Shown here: in pieces, positions 19,244 to 28,667 of the stretch
Numbering within the stretch: position 1 is the stretch's first letter
Layout: each line of letters opens with the position of its first letter
From: an uncultured archaeon
Lineage (GTDB): Archaea > Asgardarchaeota > Thorarchaeia > Thorarchaeales > Thorarchaeaceae
Assembly (NCBI GenBank): GCA_964473825.1
Contig: CAYYQL010000009.1
Span: 1-33,398 of the forward strand
Length of the DNA stretch: 33,398 nt
Direction: 5' to 3'
Program-made: the position numbers and the translations under genes
Notes under the pieces: model-generated
The model's input: the letters and a program-made list of their open reading frames with translations, nothing else
Databases searched by the model: none
What the model was told of the DNA's origin: nothing

Positions 19244-19582
19244 TCAAGGAAGTAGCAGAATGATGAACAGGCCAAGCATGAAGGGGATAAGCACACCAAC
19301 AAGGCAAATACATGCTAGGCAGCGAATTCTTGCGTCGCTAGTCGTCCCCATCTGAGTGGCTTTCGGGGATAGACCACCTTGCATAATCCTGGGGCCAAGC
19401 GGCCCTCTCTGAACTTGGACTCTCTTGTTTTGTTGTGTGGTTGGTAGAACACCAAATCCGGAGATGTACTCGAAGACTCCTTCACAGCTAGCACACTGCA
19501 TTGTCACAGCCTTGTCATCCGGTAGGTGTTCACGAACGGTAAGAAGCGAGGTGCAATAGGGGCAGTACAGCTCTACAGGCAA
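19244..19582 (-). CDS. Zinc-ribbon protein with C-terminal TM helix
   Basis: CPYC and CASC pairs, hydrophobic C-terminus. Confidence 0.7.
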   Translation of the reverse strand: MPVELYCPYCTSLLTVREHLPDDKAVTMQCASCEGVFEYISGFGVLPTTQQNKRVQVQRGPLGPRIMQGGLSPKATQMGTTSDARIRCLACICLVGVLIPFMLGLFIILLLP

Positions 19583-19700
19583 GACTTGGTTTTTCTCCAG
19601 CAGTCAACAGGAATTTGTGTTAGATATAAGTAACGTGTAGGACGAAGACGGGCATTGGCCCACGATTCCCTTATAGCCCTAGACAACGAAACTACACGAC

Positions 19701-20354
19701 ATGAAATCAGTTTTCCAAGAGAATAAGGATAGAATGTTGCGTATTGGAATAGTCAGCCCCCTCGTTGCTCTTCTCTGTATTGCAGTTGCTATCCCACTTT
19801 CCCCGTGGTTCACATGGTTCGGAAACGCGCTCAGTGATCTTGGGAACTACAATAATGGTGTTGCAGTGGCCATACTATTCAACAGCGGTCTCGTCATCAC
19901 CGGCCTATCCGCCCTTCTCTTCACTGTATGGTTTCTAACCAAAACGGAGAGTCCACCCACCAAGATAGGGTTATTCGTGTTTGCCGTTTCAGATGCCTTT
20001 CTCGTCCTAGTTGGAATTCTCTCTGAGAACGCAGGAAGGATTCATTTCATAGTCTCGGTGGGTTTCTTTGCGACCTTCCCCTTCGCGATGTGGATTGTTG
20101 GTGCAGACTTCTTGAGATTCAGCAAGACCCGTCCTTATGCGTTACCATCGCTCTTACTTCCGTTTGTTTCACTCTACTTCTGGTATATCACATTCGGAGG
20201 AACGGCCCCATGGTCAGGAGTCGCAATCCCCGAGATAGTAACAGCACTCACGGCAATCGGCTGGCTCTATCTGCTATGTAGCATGGTTCTGACGAACACG
20301 TTCCCCGAACAAATCTGGGGATATGAGCGAACCTCCGAAGAGAGCACGCTTTAG
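19701..20354 (+). CDS. DUF998-like membrane protein
   Basis: SPWFTWFGNALSDLG, FNSGL, IH..VS..FF and AIPE, with about 6 TM helices. Confidence 0.8.
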   Translation: MKSVFQENKDRMLRIGIVSPLVALLCIAVAIPLSPWFTWFGNALSDLGNYNNGVAVAILFNSGLVITGLSALLFTVWFLTKTESPPTKIGLFVFAVSDAFLVLVGILSENAGRIHFIVSVGFFATFPFAMWIVGADFLRFSKTRPYALPSLLLPFVSLYFWYITFGGTAPWSGVAIPEIVTALTAIGWLYLLCSMVLTNTFPEQIWGYERTSEESTL

Positions 20355-20358
20355 TGGC

Positions 20359-21225
20359 TCATTCACCAGAGTACATGACTCTCTTCTTTGCCAGAAACTC
20401 GGATTCTGCACGAGTGAATCCCTCCGCGTAAAGATAGTCGAGAATCTCCTCATGAGTGTCTTGCACCCAGAAGACTGCTTTTTCAGTCTTCATCTCGCAA
20501 AGGGCGGCCTTCACGACATCACGACCATACCCTTCACGGTAGCTGAATGAAACGACAGTGGCATCTCCGATTTCGTAATTTGGCTCAAGATGGATGAAAC
20601 CAACCACAAGATTGCTCTCAGGTTCGCTCAGAGCATAGCAGTTGCCCCCTCGAATTGTGTATTCCCATGTTTCACGGTCTCTCCGCCCCCAGTAGGTGTC
20701 GGGTTCCAGATGGATGAAGAGCGGAATGTGCTCCAGTCGCGCTATTCCCACTTGGAGTTCACATTCTTCGGGGCGAACAGCAGTCGGCCCGTCAAGCCGC
20801 AGAATAAGGCTCTGTATCCCGTATCCTAGAGTCTCTACAAATGATATCGCATCTGTGCTATGTGTCTTGAGGGCTATTGCAAAATGGGTCAGAGCGCGGT
20901 TGAGGCTGACAAAATTGTCCTCGGATTTCTCAACCAGTTTCTGACCAACGCCTTTCTTTCGCCACTCAGGCACAACTGCCAGCTCCCAGATTGCACCCCA
21001 GCCTAGGCTTCGAAGCATGAGGTTGATCGCGATACCGACAATCTCATCGTCTACCACGGCAACCCTCCAGAGCCTCTCCAGTTCTCCACTGATTTTGCTG
21101 CGGTTCCACCATCTTGAGAAGCCGTCATATGTTAGTTTGTCCACATCAGGAAACCCAGTCTCATAGACCTTGTAGCAATCTATCTTGTCCTTCTCATTTG
21201 GAGCGCGAATTATGATATCATCCAT
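20359..21225 (-). CDS. GNAT N-acetyltransferase (tandem-GNAT-like)
   Basis: LAVVPEWRKKGVGQKL acetyl-CoA motif, with a degenerate second half (REGYGRDV, YLYAEGF). Confidence 0.85.
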   Translation of the reverse strand: MDDIIIRAPNEKDKIDCYKVYETGFPDVDKLTYDGFSRWWNRSKISGELERLWRVAVVDDEIVGIAINLMLRSLGWGAIWELAVVPEWRKKGVGQKLVEKSEDNFVSLNRALTHFAIALKTHSTDAISFVETLGYGIQSLILRLDGPTAVRPEECELQVGIARLEHIPLFIHLEPDTYWGRRDRETWEYTIRGGNCYALSEPESNLVVGFIHLEPNYEIGDATVVSFSYREGYGRDVVKAALCEMKTEKAVFWVQDTHEEILDYLYAEGFTRAESEFLAKKRVMYSGE

Positions 21226-21427
21226 TGGTGGTCACCTAGTCTCTTTCCTAACAGGAACACATCAGTCGAGGCATAGACTGAAGATTTCTCAATCGCCATA
21301 TCTTCAGTAATGACGCTCAGAATAAGGGGGATTCTTTGGTGCATTTCACAGTTTCGCTTTAGAGCAAAGAAACAAGTGTTCGTCCAATTATGGATTGGAA
21401 ACAGTCGCTAAAGCTGATCCTGAACAA

Positions 21428-21464
21428 CAAAAAAGGAATAGAGGGCTCAACTGAGCCCTGTTCT
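21428..21464 (-). terminator. Intrinsic terminator of the FAD/Fe-S operon
   Basis: AGGGCTC-4nt-GAGCCCT hairpin (21442-21459), followed on the minus strand by a T run just after the stop at 21470. Confidence 0.7.
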
Positions 21465-21469
21465 CTGTT

Positions 21470-22777
21470 TCAAAGCAGCTGATCAAGAAGCTCTAGCAGC
21501 TCGACAATCTCTAGCTTAGACCCTAGATGCGAGAGATCCTTTCCAGTCTCCTCCTCTTCTTCTCTGAGCGCCTTCACCGCGTCATTGAAGTTGGTCACGC
21601 AGAAGGGACAGCTTGTCATGAGCACCTCAGCACCAGTTGATGCTGCCTCTCGGATTCGTTCTTTCGCCGTAGACAGGGCCATATCTGGGAACTGTGTCTT
21701 CACTCCACCCCCGGCACCGCAGCAGAAGCTATCACCTTTGATGCGATACATCTCCTTAAGTTCCAGACCAGGAATGGCCCGAAGAACTTCACGGGGTCGC
21801 TCAAACCATGCCTCTTTGGCCTTCTCAGCCTTTCTGCTGTCAAGCAGCCAGTTCTGCGACTTGTCGAGTATCGCTTTCTCTATGTCGATGCCCACGTGTC
21901 TCACACTGTGACACGGGTCGTGCCACGTGACCTTCTTGTTGTATGGCTTGGTTATCTTGAGGCTCCCATCCTGAAGCATATCCCATACAATGTCAAGAGT
22001 GTGCTTGACCTCAAAGGGTAAGGGTTTACCACTCATACGCGGATAATCGTTCCGGATGGTCTTGAAGCATCCAGCACAGGAGAATGTCAAGACATCGAAG
22101 TCCTTGAAGATCTCCAAGTTCTGATTCATGAGCTCATCAAAAGTCGCTTTCTGGCCAGTACGCAAGATTGGCGATCCACAGCATACCTCGTCACTCATCA
22201 CGGTGAAGTCAATGCCGAGTTTCTCAAGAATGCTGGCCGTGTGCTGAGCAATGTGCTGCTGTCGGTATGCCCCGGTGCAACCCACGAAGTAGGCCACCTT
22301 CGCATCCTTCTTGTCGACAGCACCGCCAAACCACTTGGTGCGCTCGGCTCGCGGTTCGTTGTATGGGTTCCGCAGATCCTCCTGCATAACCCGGTCACCG
22401 ATGAGCTTGTGACGCTTGAGGGGCTCCACGCCTGACTCGATGATTGCCGCCCGCAACTCCTCGATGATGTGGACGGTATTGATGTAGTTTGGACACTGAT
22501 TCTCGCACATTCCACAGGTCGTACAGGCTTCAACAACCTCAAGCATCTCTTGGGACGGTTCTATCTCACCATTCAGGAATGCCCGGGCAATCCATTGCTT
22601 GCCACTGTTGAAGTAGCCCTCCCACTCATTGTAAATACCAGCGGGACAGCCCTGAAGCATTCCAGTGTACTCTTCGTCGTGGCCTTCCTTGTCTGGCTCA
22701 CCAGAATACGCGTATTGGCATGCCCTGCAGTGGATGCAACGAGCGTTGATTCTCCTCAGTTCTTCAAGACTTGTCAT
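21470..22777 (-). CDS. Fe-S oxidoreductase with CCG domains (HdrD/GlcF/GlpC-like)
   Basis: CIHCRAC..CP, CTTCGMCENQCP, YFVGC, CCG, CAGC, HDPCH, CCGAGGG and CPFC. GGAGG RBS precedes ATG 22777. Confidence 0.92.
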   Translation of the reverse strand: MTSLEELRRINARCIHCRACQYAYSGEPDKEGHDEEYTGMLQGCPAGIYNEWEGYFNSGKQWIARAFLNGEIEPSQEMLEVVEACTTCGMCENQCPNYINTVHIIEELRAAIIESGVEPLKRHKLIGDRVMQEDLRNPYNEPRAERTKWFGGAVDKKDAKVAYFVGCTGAYRQQHIAQHTASILEKLGIDFTVMSDEVCCGSPILRTGQKATFDELMNQNLEIFKDFDVLTFSCAGCFKTIRNDYPRMSGKPLPFEVKHTLDIVWDMLQDGSLKITKPYNKKVTWHDPCHSVRHVGIDIEKAILDKSQNWLLDSRKAEKAKEAWFERPREVLRAIPGLELKEMYRIKGDSFCCGAGGGVKTQFPDMALSTAKERIREAASTGAEVLMTSCPFCVTNFNDAVKALREEEEETGKDLSHLGSKLEIVELLELLDQLL

Positions 22778-22841
22778 CGCAATCTCGCCTCCATTCGTAT
22801 GTCTCCATTTAAAGTTACGGACTGTAACCAAAATGCCACGT

Positions 22842-24440
22842 CTAGTCACCCTCCTTTAATGGACTGGGCATATCAGTTACAGATTCCCAAGGTATCGCCA
22901 GTCTTCCCGGATGCAGAATCAGGTTCGGATCCAGCACCTTACGGAACTTCACCAGCATCTTGTAGTACTCCGGAATGCGACTGAAGGTCTCCGGTGCATG
23001 GACAAAGGGATCTGGCCTGTAGTTCAGCCAACCCTTCTTCAGGAAGGACTTTGTGGTCTCCCTGTTGAACTTCGCTATCTTGTCATATATTCCCTCCTCA
23101 GTGCTGTCAAAGCAAAGGATCGGCATGACAATTGCCTGACGAGCATGATCAATAGATGCGACCCACATGGTGGGCGGGAAGCCATATTCCTCCATCTTAG
23201 CACAGTACTCGGTCATGCACGCAGGGCTCTCCAGCCATGGCACGTACCACGTGATGAACAGGAAGCCAGCCTGCCAGAGCGAGTAGGGAATGGCAATCTT
23301 GTTGGGCTTCTTCAGTCGTGAAGCTACCTGTTTTGGATGGAGATCCCAACGTGGGCAGCTCGTGTTGTTCTCCTTCTCGTAGTTCTTGTAGATTCTCTCA
23401 ATCTCACTGATAGTGAACTCGAGCTCCTTCTCACTCCACGCCCAAATCTCATAGTTCATCCAGTACTCGCTGAGACCTATCTTCTTGTAAAACTGATAAT
23501 CCAGCGGGACGTTAGTCTTGGGCCAGCGGGTCATAACAAGCGGCCAGTTGCCGCCTTGTACCATGACGGTTCGTTCGCCTATTCCCATCTCATGCTTTGA
23601 TATCTCCCAAGCAGGTTTTACGATATCATCCCAGTTATCTCCACCAAACGCAATGACAGTCTTGTGATGTGGATGGGGGACCATCTTGATTGCGGCCTTC
23701 GTAATAATGCCCATAGAGCCCTGCGACCCGAGGAAAAGCCCATCAGGATTGGGACCAGGACCCCATCTGTAATAGGCCTTGGCGCCAGGAAGTGCCCAAG
23801 ATCCAGTTCGGAATATGTCACCCGTGGGAAGAACCACTTCCAGACCCATGATCATGTCTGCCTGAGGTCCGTAGACACCAGTGACAAGAGAGAAACCTCT
23901 CTCGATTGCATCGCCCAGAACTGTTGCAGCTGGGGGTGCACCATCCGGTATCGGCGGAGCCCACTCGGGGTACTTCGTCTTAAAGATACGCCAGGCGTCA
24001 CCCGACTTGAGTCCTGGTTCTACAATCATGACTCTGTTTTCAACATCAACCTCAAGCCCGTCCATGCGGGTCATGTCCATGTATATCCCGCCCGGCTCGA
24101 TAGCGGGAAGGGCAAAACCTCCACTGAGACCACCTGCTGCTGGGGTGACCGGGATCTTCTTCTCATTGGCCAGAACAAGAATCTGAGAAACTTCCTGTGC
24201 GTCCTTAGGGCGAATAATCGCCTCAGGCAGAACGGCTTCCAGACCCATGATACCTCTGGCCATATAGCTGTGACGAAGGGGTTCACTGGTGGTGACATAC
24301 TCTGTTCCAACTATGTCCTCCAGCTTCTTGACCACATCGTCGGTCACGCTGTTGTACACTTGATATATCCTCCATTTGGCATCTCGTACGGTCGTCTTCG
24401 GTAGTATGGGGCGCTTTGAAGTCCCCCCATAAATAGGCAT
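22842..24440 (-). CDS. FAD-binding oxidoreductase, VAO/PCMH superfamily
   Basis: P..IIRP..EVSQIL, GLEVVLPTGDIFRTG, GSQGSMGIITKA and DPNLILHPG. Confidence 0.9.
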   Translation of the reverse strand: MPIYGGTSKRPILPKTTVRDAKWRIYQVYNSVTDDVVKKLEDIVGTEYVTTSEPLRHSYMARGIMGLEAVLPEAIIRPKDAQEVSQILVLANEKKIPVTPAAGGLSGGFALPAIEPGGIYMDMTRMDGLEVDVENRVMIVEPGLKSGDAWRIFKTKYPEWAPPIPDGAPPAATVLGDAIERGFSLVTGVYGPQADMIMGLEVVLPTGDIFRTGSWALPGAKAYYRWGPGPNPDGLFLGSQGSMGIITKAAIKMVPHPHHKTVIAFGGDNWDDIVKPAWEISKHEMGIGERTVMVQGGNWPLVMTRWPKTNVPLDYQFYKKIGLSEYWMNYEIWAWSEKELEFTISEIERIYKNYEKENNTSCPRWDLHPKQVASRLKKPNKIAIPYSLWQAGFLFITWYVPWLESPACMTEYCAKMEEYGFPPTMWVASIDHARQAIVMPILCFDSTEEGIYDKIAKFNRETTKSFLKKGWLNYRPDPFVHAPETFSRIPEYYKMLVKFRKVLDPNLILHPGRLAIPWESVTDMPSPLKEGD

Positions 24441-24501
24441 CGCCTACCCCTTTGGGACCAGTCAGAGAAGGAATCTTGGATTTGAGTGTGAAGCTTGTCT
24501 C

Positions 24502-24966
24502 TCAAGCAGAGATACTCGCATCGTCTGCTTTGCTCAATAATGTCCATGAAACTCGTGTTCGGAATAGCAATTCGTGGTTCTTGATGATGTGAGCAAGGGG
24601 AGGAGAAACATCAGAGGCCTTGCGGGCCAAGTTGCACCAAATCAATTCTTCATTCCTTTGGGCTCTGTGTCCATAGGCACCCTTTCCACCGTGTCCCACC
24701 CTTCCAACAGGAAAGCCTGCTTTTTCTGAGCCTCTTATTACAGGAAAATAGGATTCCTCTGCACCGTGGGCGGCAGCAATCCCATCTGATCCGTCTGCTG
24801 GTCTTAGTGTAACACGTGTGCGTTCCATTGGCGGTTTGGGCGTCGAGTGGTAAGACGACAGCACCCACAGGATGATGATCAATGGTACAGCGAGAGAGAT
24901 GAAAAGAAGAATCCATCCTTCCACAGCCAACGGGAATTGCATTAACATCATCATCTGGATACCCAC
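24502..24966 (-). CDS. Hypothetical single-TM protein
   Basis: N-terminal TM helix WILLFISLAVPLIIILWVL. Remainder low complexity; 3' end uncertain. Confidence 0.5.
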   Translation of the reverse strand: MGIQMMMLMQFPLAVEGWILLFISLAVPLIIILWVLSSYHSTPKPPMERTRVTLRPADGSDGIAAAHGAEESYFPVIRGSEKAGFPVGRVGHGGKGAYGHRAQRNEELIWCNLARKASDVSPPLAHIIKNHELLFRTRVSWTLLSKADDASISA

Positions 24967-25147
24967 CCTACAGTATTATGCTCGCGAGAGCAAATCAATT
25001 CTTCTCACAATTTTAAGCCTCTTCGGTGCACTACGTGAATAAGGGGTCTAGTCTGCGATTCTAGGGAAGATAGAGGCGCTCTCTTCTCGACTACCATTGC
25101 AGGGCTTTACATGGCAGCGTCATCGACTCTCTCTAGATTCGCGTCCA

Positions 25148-25399
25148 CTACGTGGCCAATAAATGGCCAACAAAGACAACGAGCATATCAGCCAGTTCCC
25201 ACCAGTCATTTCCAATCGGCGCGGAGTGGTCAATGTACTCGTATAGTTCTCAGGTGCGATTGTCTGAATCACGCGGTGGAGAGATCGGTTCGCGTTCTTG
25301 CTCTTCAGCCGTCGGCTGTGAGAGTATATGTAGGCCAATCACAGCTAGGCTCAGCACAAGACCGACCACAGCTGCAGCACCCAGTTTCCTTCGTTTCAT
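25148..25399 (-). pseudogene. Remnant of an exported/membrane protein gene
   Basis: MKRRKLGAAAVVGLVLSLAVIGLHIL..DNRT*ELYEYIDHSAPIGNDWWELADML..; TGA at 25250-25252 and TAG at 25148-25150. Confidence 0.45.
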
Positions 25400-25519
25400 A
25401 GGTTCATCCAAGGCCTCTAGTTACATTCTGAAACTAATAAGGTTTGCCCGACCTCTGGCGGATATATGAAAGGCGGATTCTACTGCAGATTCCCTGGTTG
25501 GGCAGTGTGTTCAGCCTAT

Positions 25520-27235
25520 TCAGAATATCTTCGGTTCGTCCCACTCACCAAAGACATCCCGCCAGACATCACATATTTCACCGACTGACGCGTAGGCTCG
25601 GACGGCGCGTACCACATGGGGCATCACGTTGTCCTGTTCCTTCGAAGCCTTGCGGAGAGCCTCCAGAGCAGCTTGGACCTCTTCGTTGTCACGTTCGCGA
25701 CGTACTTGCTGAAGACGCTCAACCTGCTTCTTCTCCACTTCGGGGTCTATCTTCAAGACCGGAATCCTGATATCCTCGTCTTTGAGGACATAATCGTTGA
25801 CACCAACTATGGTTCTCTTGTTTTCCTCTATCTCTTTCTGGTATCTGTAGGATGCATTGGCAATCTCCCGTTGGAAGAAACCCTTCTCTATTGCCGGGAT
25901 TACGCCACCGAGAGCCTCCACCCTGTCGAAATAATCGTAGGCCTCTTCCTCGAGTTCGTTCGTGAGGCTTTCGACGTAGTATGAACCAGCAAGGGGGTCG
26001 ATAGTACTAGCAGCACCACTCTCATGGGCAAGGACTTGCTGAGTGCGTAGAGCCACCCTCACAGCATCTTCAGTGGGGAGACAGAGGGCCTCATCCATTG
26101 AGTTAGTATGAAGAGACTGAGTCCCTCCAAGAACCGCAGCCAGTGCCTGATATGCAGTTCGCACAACATTCACCATAGGCTGCTGAGCTGTGAGAGAACA
26201 GCCGGCGGTCTGTGTGTGAAAACGCATCCAGAGGGAACGTCCTTTTGCTCCGAATCGTTGCTTCATCTCTCTAGCCCAGATGCGGCGCGCAGCGCGGAAC
26301 TTGGCAACTTCCTCGAAGATATCATTGTGTGAATTGAAGAAGAATGATAGTCGGGGGGCAAATGCGCCAACATCTAGGCCACGTTTCTTACCCCATCGAA
26401 CATACTCTAGGCCATTCATCAGGGTAAATGCCAGCTCTTGTGCAGCTGTAGAACCAGCCTCACGGATGTGATAACCAGATATGCTGATGGTATTCCACCG
26501 AGGGATGTGTTCTGTTGCATACTCTATAATATCCGTGATGATACGGAGCGAGGGCTCTGGACTGTAGATCCATGACTTCTGTGCCTGATATTCCTTCAGA
26601 AGGTCGTTCTGGATAGTTCCTCCAATCTTGTCAGCAGGAACTCCCTGCTTCTCGGCCGCAACCATGTACATAGCAAGCAGAATGGAGGCGGGGGCATTGA
26701 TGGTCATGCTTGTGGTGACCTTGTCAAGGGGTATCCCTGAGAACAGAATCTCCATGTCTTTGAGGGTATCAATCGCAACACCAAGCTTGCCAACCTCTCC
26801 CAGGGAATATGGATGGTCAGAATCATGACCGAAGATTGTGGGGAGATGGAAGGCAACACTCAGGCCAGTCTGTCCATGGTCGAGGAGGAATTTGTAGCGT
26901 TGATTGGACTCTTCAGCTGTACCCATCCCAGCGAACTGCCGCATGGTCCAGATTCGCCCACGATACATGGTGGGCTGGACCCCACGCGTATATGGAGACT
27001 CACTTGGAAAACCAAGATCTCTCAGGTAGTCAAAATCTGGGATATCAAGGGGAGTGTATATCCTGCGAACCGTCTTGCTCGATGTTGTAACAAACTCATC
27101 CTTCCGTTCGGGATGCTTCTTGAGGTGGTTAGCAAGAGTCTTGGCTTCCCACTGCTTCTTAGCTCGCTGAATATCGCCGAGAGTGTTAGTCTCAGCGTCC
27201 GCCTCAGAGGCGTTGTTTGCCTTCTTGACGACCAT
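25520..27235 (-). CDS. icmA: Acyl-CoA mutase large subunit, isobutyryl-CoA mutase-like
   Basis: WTMRQFAG (Phe at the Tyr89 position) and [13 protein letters not shown] (Gln at the Arg207 position). Confidence 0.8.
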   Translation of the reverse strand: MVVKKANNASEADAETNTLGDIQRAKKQWEAKTLANHLKKHPERKDEFVTTSSKTVRRIYTPLDIPDFDYLRDLGFPSESPYTRGVQPTMYRGRIWTMRQFAGMGTAEESNQRYKFLLDHGQTGLSVAFHLPTIFGHDSDHPYSLGEVGKLGVAIDTLKDMEILFSGIPLDKVTTSMTINAPASILLAMYMVAAEKQGVPADKIGGTIQNDLLKEYQAQKSWIYSPEPSLRIITDIIEYATEHIPRWNTISISGYHIREAGSTAAQELAFTLMNGLEYVRWGKKRGLDVGAFAPRLSFFFNSHNDIFEEVAKFRAARRIWAREMKQRFGAKGRSLWMRFHTQTAGCSLTAQQPMVNVVRTAYQALAAVLGGTQSLHTNSMDEALCLPTEDAVRVALRTQQVLAHESGAASTIDPLAGSYYVESLTNELEEEAYDYFDRVEALGGVIPAIEKGFFQREIANASYRYQKEIEENKRTIVGVNDYVLKDEDIRIPVLKIDPEVEKKQVERLQQVRRERDNEEVQAALEALRKASKEQDNVMPHVVRAVRAYASVGEICDVWRDVFGEWDEPKIF

Positions 27236-27306
27236 GAAAGTCTACTCCCAGTTGATACGACACGGTCAAACCTGCAGTGGAAGATATTAACTGTTCGTTT
27301 TGCGTG

Positions 27307-27870
27307 TCAGTACTCGAAACCACGTCGGGCCAGCAGCTTCTTCTCTTGATAGTAGTGCTTGATCTCACACATCTCAGTCACCAAGTCAGCAGCATCTATG
27401 ATGGCCTCATGTGCATAGCGACCCGTCATGATCAACTCAATGTCATCAGGCTTCACCTCTATCAGGCGCAGCTGGTCTTCCAACGTGATGAGATTCCATT
27501 CCACCGCCACATTGATCTCATCGAGGATCAGTACATCACAGGTGTGCTTAGAGAGTGCCTCTTGAGCCATTTTGAGACCACGCTGTGCCATCTCAATGTC
27601 TATTGGGTCTGGGTTCTCCTTGTCAACGAAACTCTGTCGTCCCACGGGAAGGATCATCATGTTGGGAATCTTCTCTGTGGACTTGAACTCGCCGTAGTTG
27701 ACCTCTTCGCCGTTGCCACGTTCGGCAACTTTAGCCTTCATGAAGCAAATCATGAGGACCTCAAGTCCGTGGCCCGCAGCCCTCATCCCCGCACCGAGTG
27801 CGCAGGTGGTCTTACCCTTGCCATTTCCCGTGTAGACCTGAACTTGCCCCCGAATCAAGGGAGTGCTCAT
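27307..27870 (-). CDS. cobO: Cob(I)alamin adenosyltransferase, CobA/BtuR type
   Basis: VYTGNGKGKTTCALG, LILDEIN, TGR, ADLVTEM..KH and RRGFEY. Confidence 0.95.
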   Translation of the reverse strand: MSTPLIRGQVQVYTGNGKGKTTCALGAGMRAAGHGLEVLMICFMKAKVAERGNGEEVNYGEFKSTEKIPNMMILPVGRQSFVDKENPDPIDIEMAQRGLKMAQEALSKHTCDVLILDEINVAVEWNLITLEDQLRLIEVKPDDIELIMTGRYAHEAIIDAADLVTEMCEIKHYYQEKKLLARRGFEY

Positions 27871-27879
27871 TCTAATATC

Positions 27880-28512
27880 TCACCCTCTCACTTTCAGAAT
27901 CATCTTAGCTACTCTCTCACCGACAAGCCGACTTGCATCAATCGCCAACTGGTCGTCCTCACTGGAACGCCATTTCCCTTCGTCAGTCTGCATGCTACCT
28001 GCACCAAAGAAGCCTCCCTTGACGGGACTGCCCACTGCACCTACAACTATCATTCCCTGTGTCAAGGCATAGCGGTTCAGTAAGTCGATCACTGATTCTT
28101 GACCACCATAGCGGAGGCCTGCATACGTGATGGCTGAGAAGACCTTGTCCTTGAGCTCGTGGTCGTTCATCTTCATCGGTCTCGAACGATCCATGAAATC
28201 CTTCAACAGCCCTGGAACTGATGTGAAGTAGGAGGGAGCTGCAATAATAATCCCGTCTGCACTACGCAGTTCATCCTCAATCTTTGGCATATCGTCTGCG
28301 CTACTCTCAGGACATGGTTTCTTTCGAACACATGCGTCACAACCAGTGCAACGACGGATATCATGCTCGACCAAGTTGAGGACTACGGCGGCATGTTCCC
28401 CGATTCTTGCTTGACCCAGAGTTTCAATTGCAGCCGCAATTGCCTCCTCTAAGAGGAACCTAGTATTGGAGTCCTTCTCTTTCGGCGAACCACAGATTCC
28501 GACTATCTTCAT
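27880..28512 (-). CDS. Iron-sulfur flavoprotein / NADPH-dependent FMN reductase family
   Basis: GICGSP..NT, CTGCDAC(x5)C, APSYF, LKDFMDR and GGQE. Confidence 0.9.
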   Translation of the reverse strand: MKIVGICGSPKEKDSNTRFLLEEAIAAAIETLGQARIGEHAAVVLNLVEHDIRRCTGCDACVRKKPCPESSADDMPKIEDELRSADGIIIAAPSYFTSVPGLLKDFMDRSRPMKMNDHELKDKVFSAITYAGLRYGGQESVIDLLNRYALTQGMIVVGAVGSPVKGGFFGAGSMQTDEGKWRSSEDDQLAIDASRLVGERVAKMILKVRG

Positions 28513-28667
28513 AGCTACACACTATCCTCTGGCTGAGTCAAACATCGCTTCTACTTACTTCTTTCGTATGAAAATGTCACCAAGTAGGATGAAACGTGAT
28601 CAAGCATGTTACAGCAAGCAGGTTCAGGGCGGCACCAGTCTACATCCAAATGGATTCGTCTGAACAC

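Noticed and set aside
7952-19582. Frequent TTG/GTG start codons as a special signal
   Set aside because: Real (e.g. 7954, 12580, 13003, 19105), but best read as a lineage-wide trait rather than a local system.
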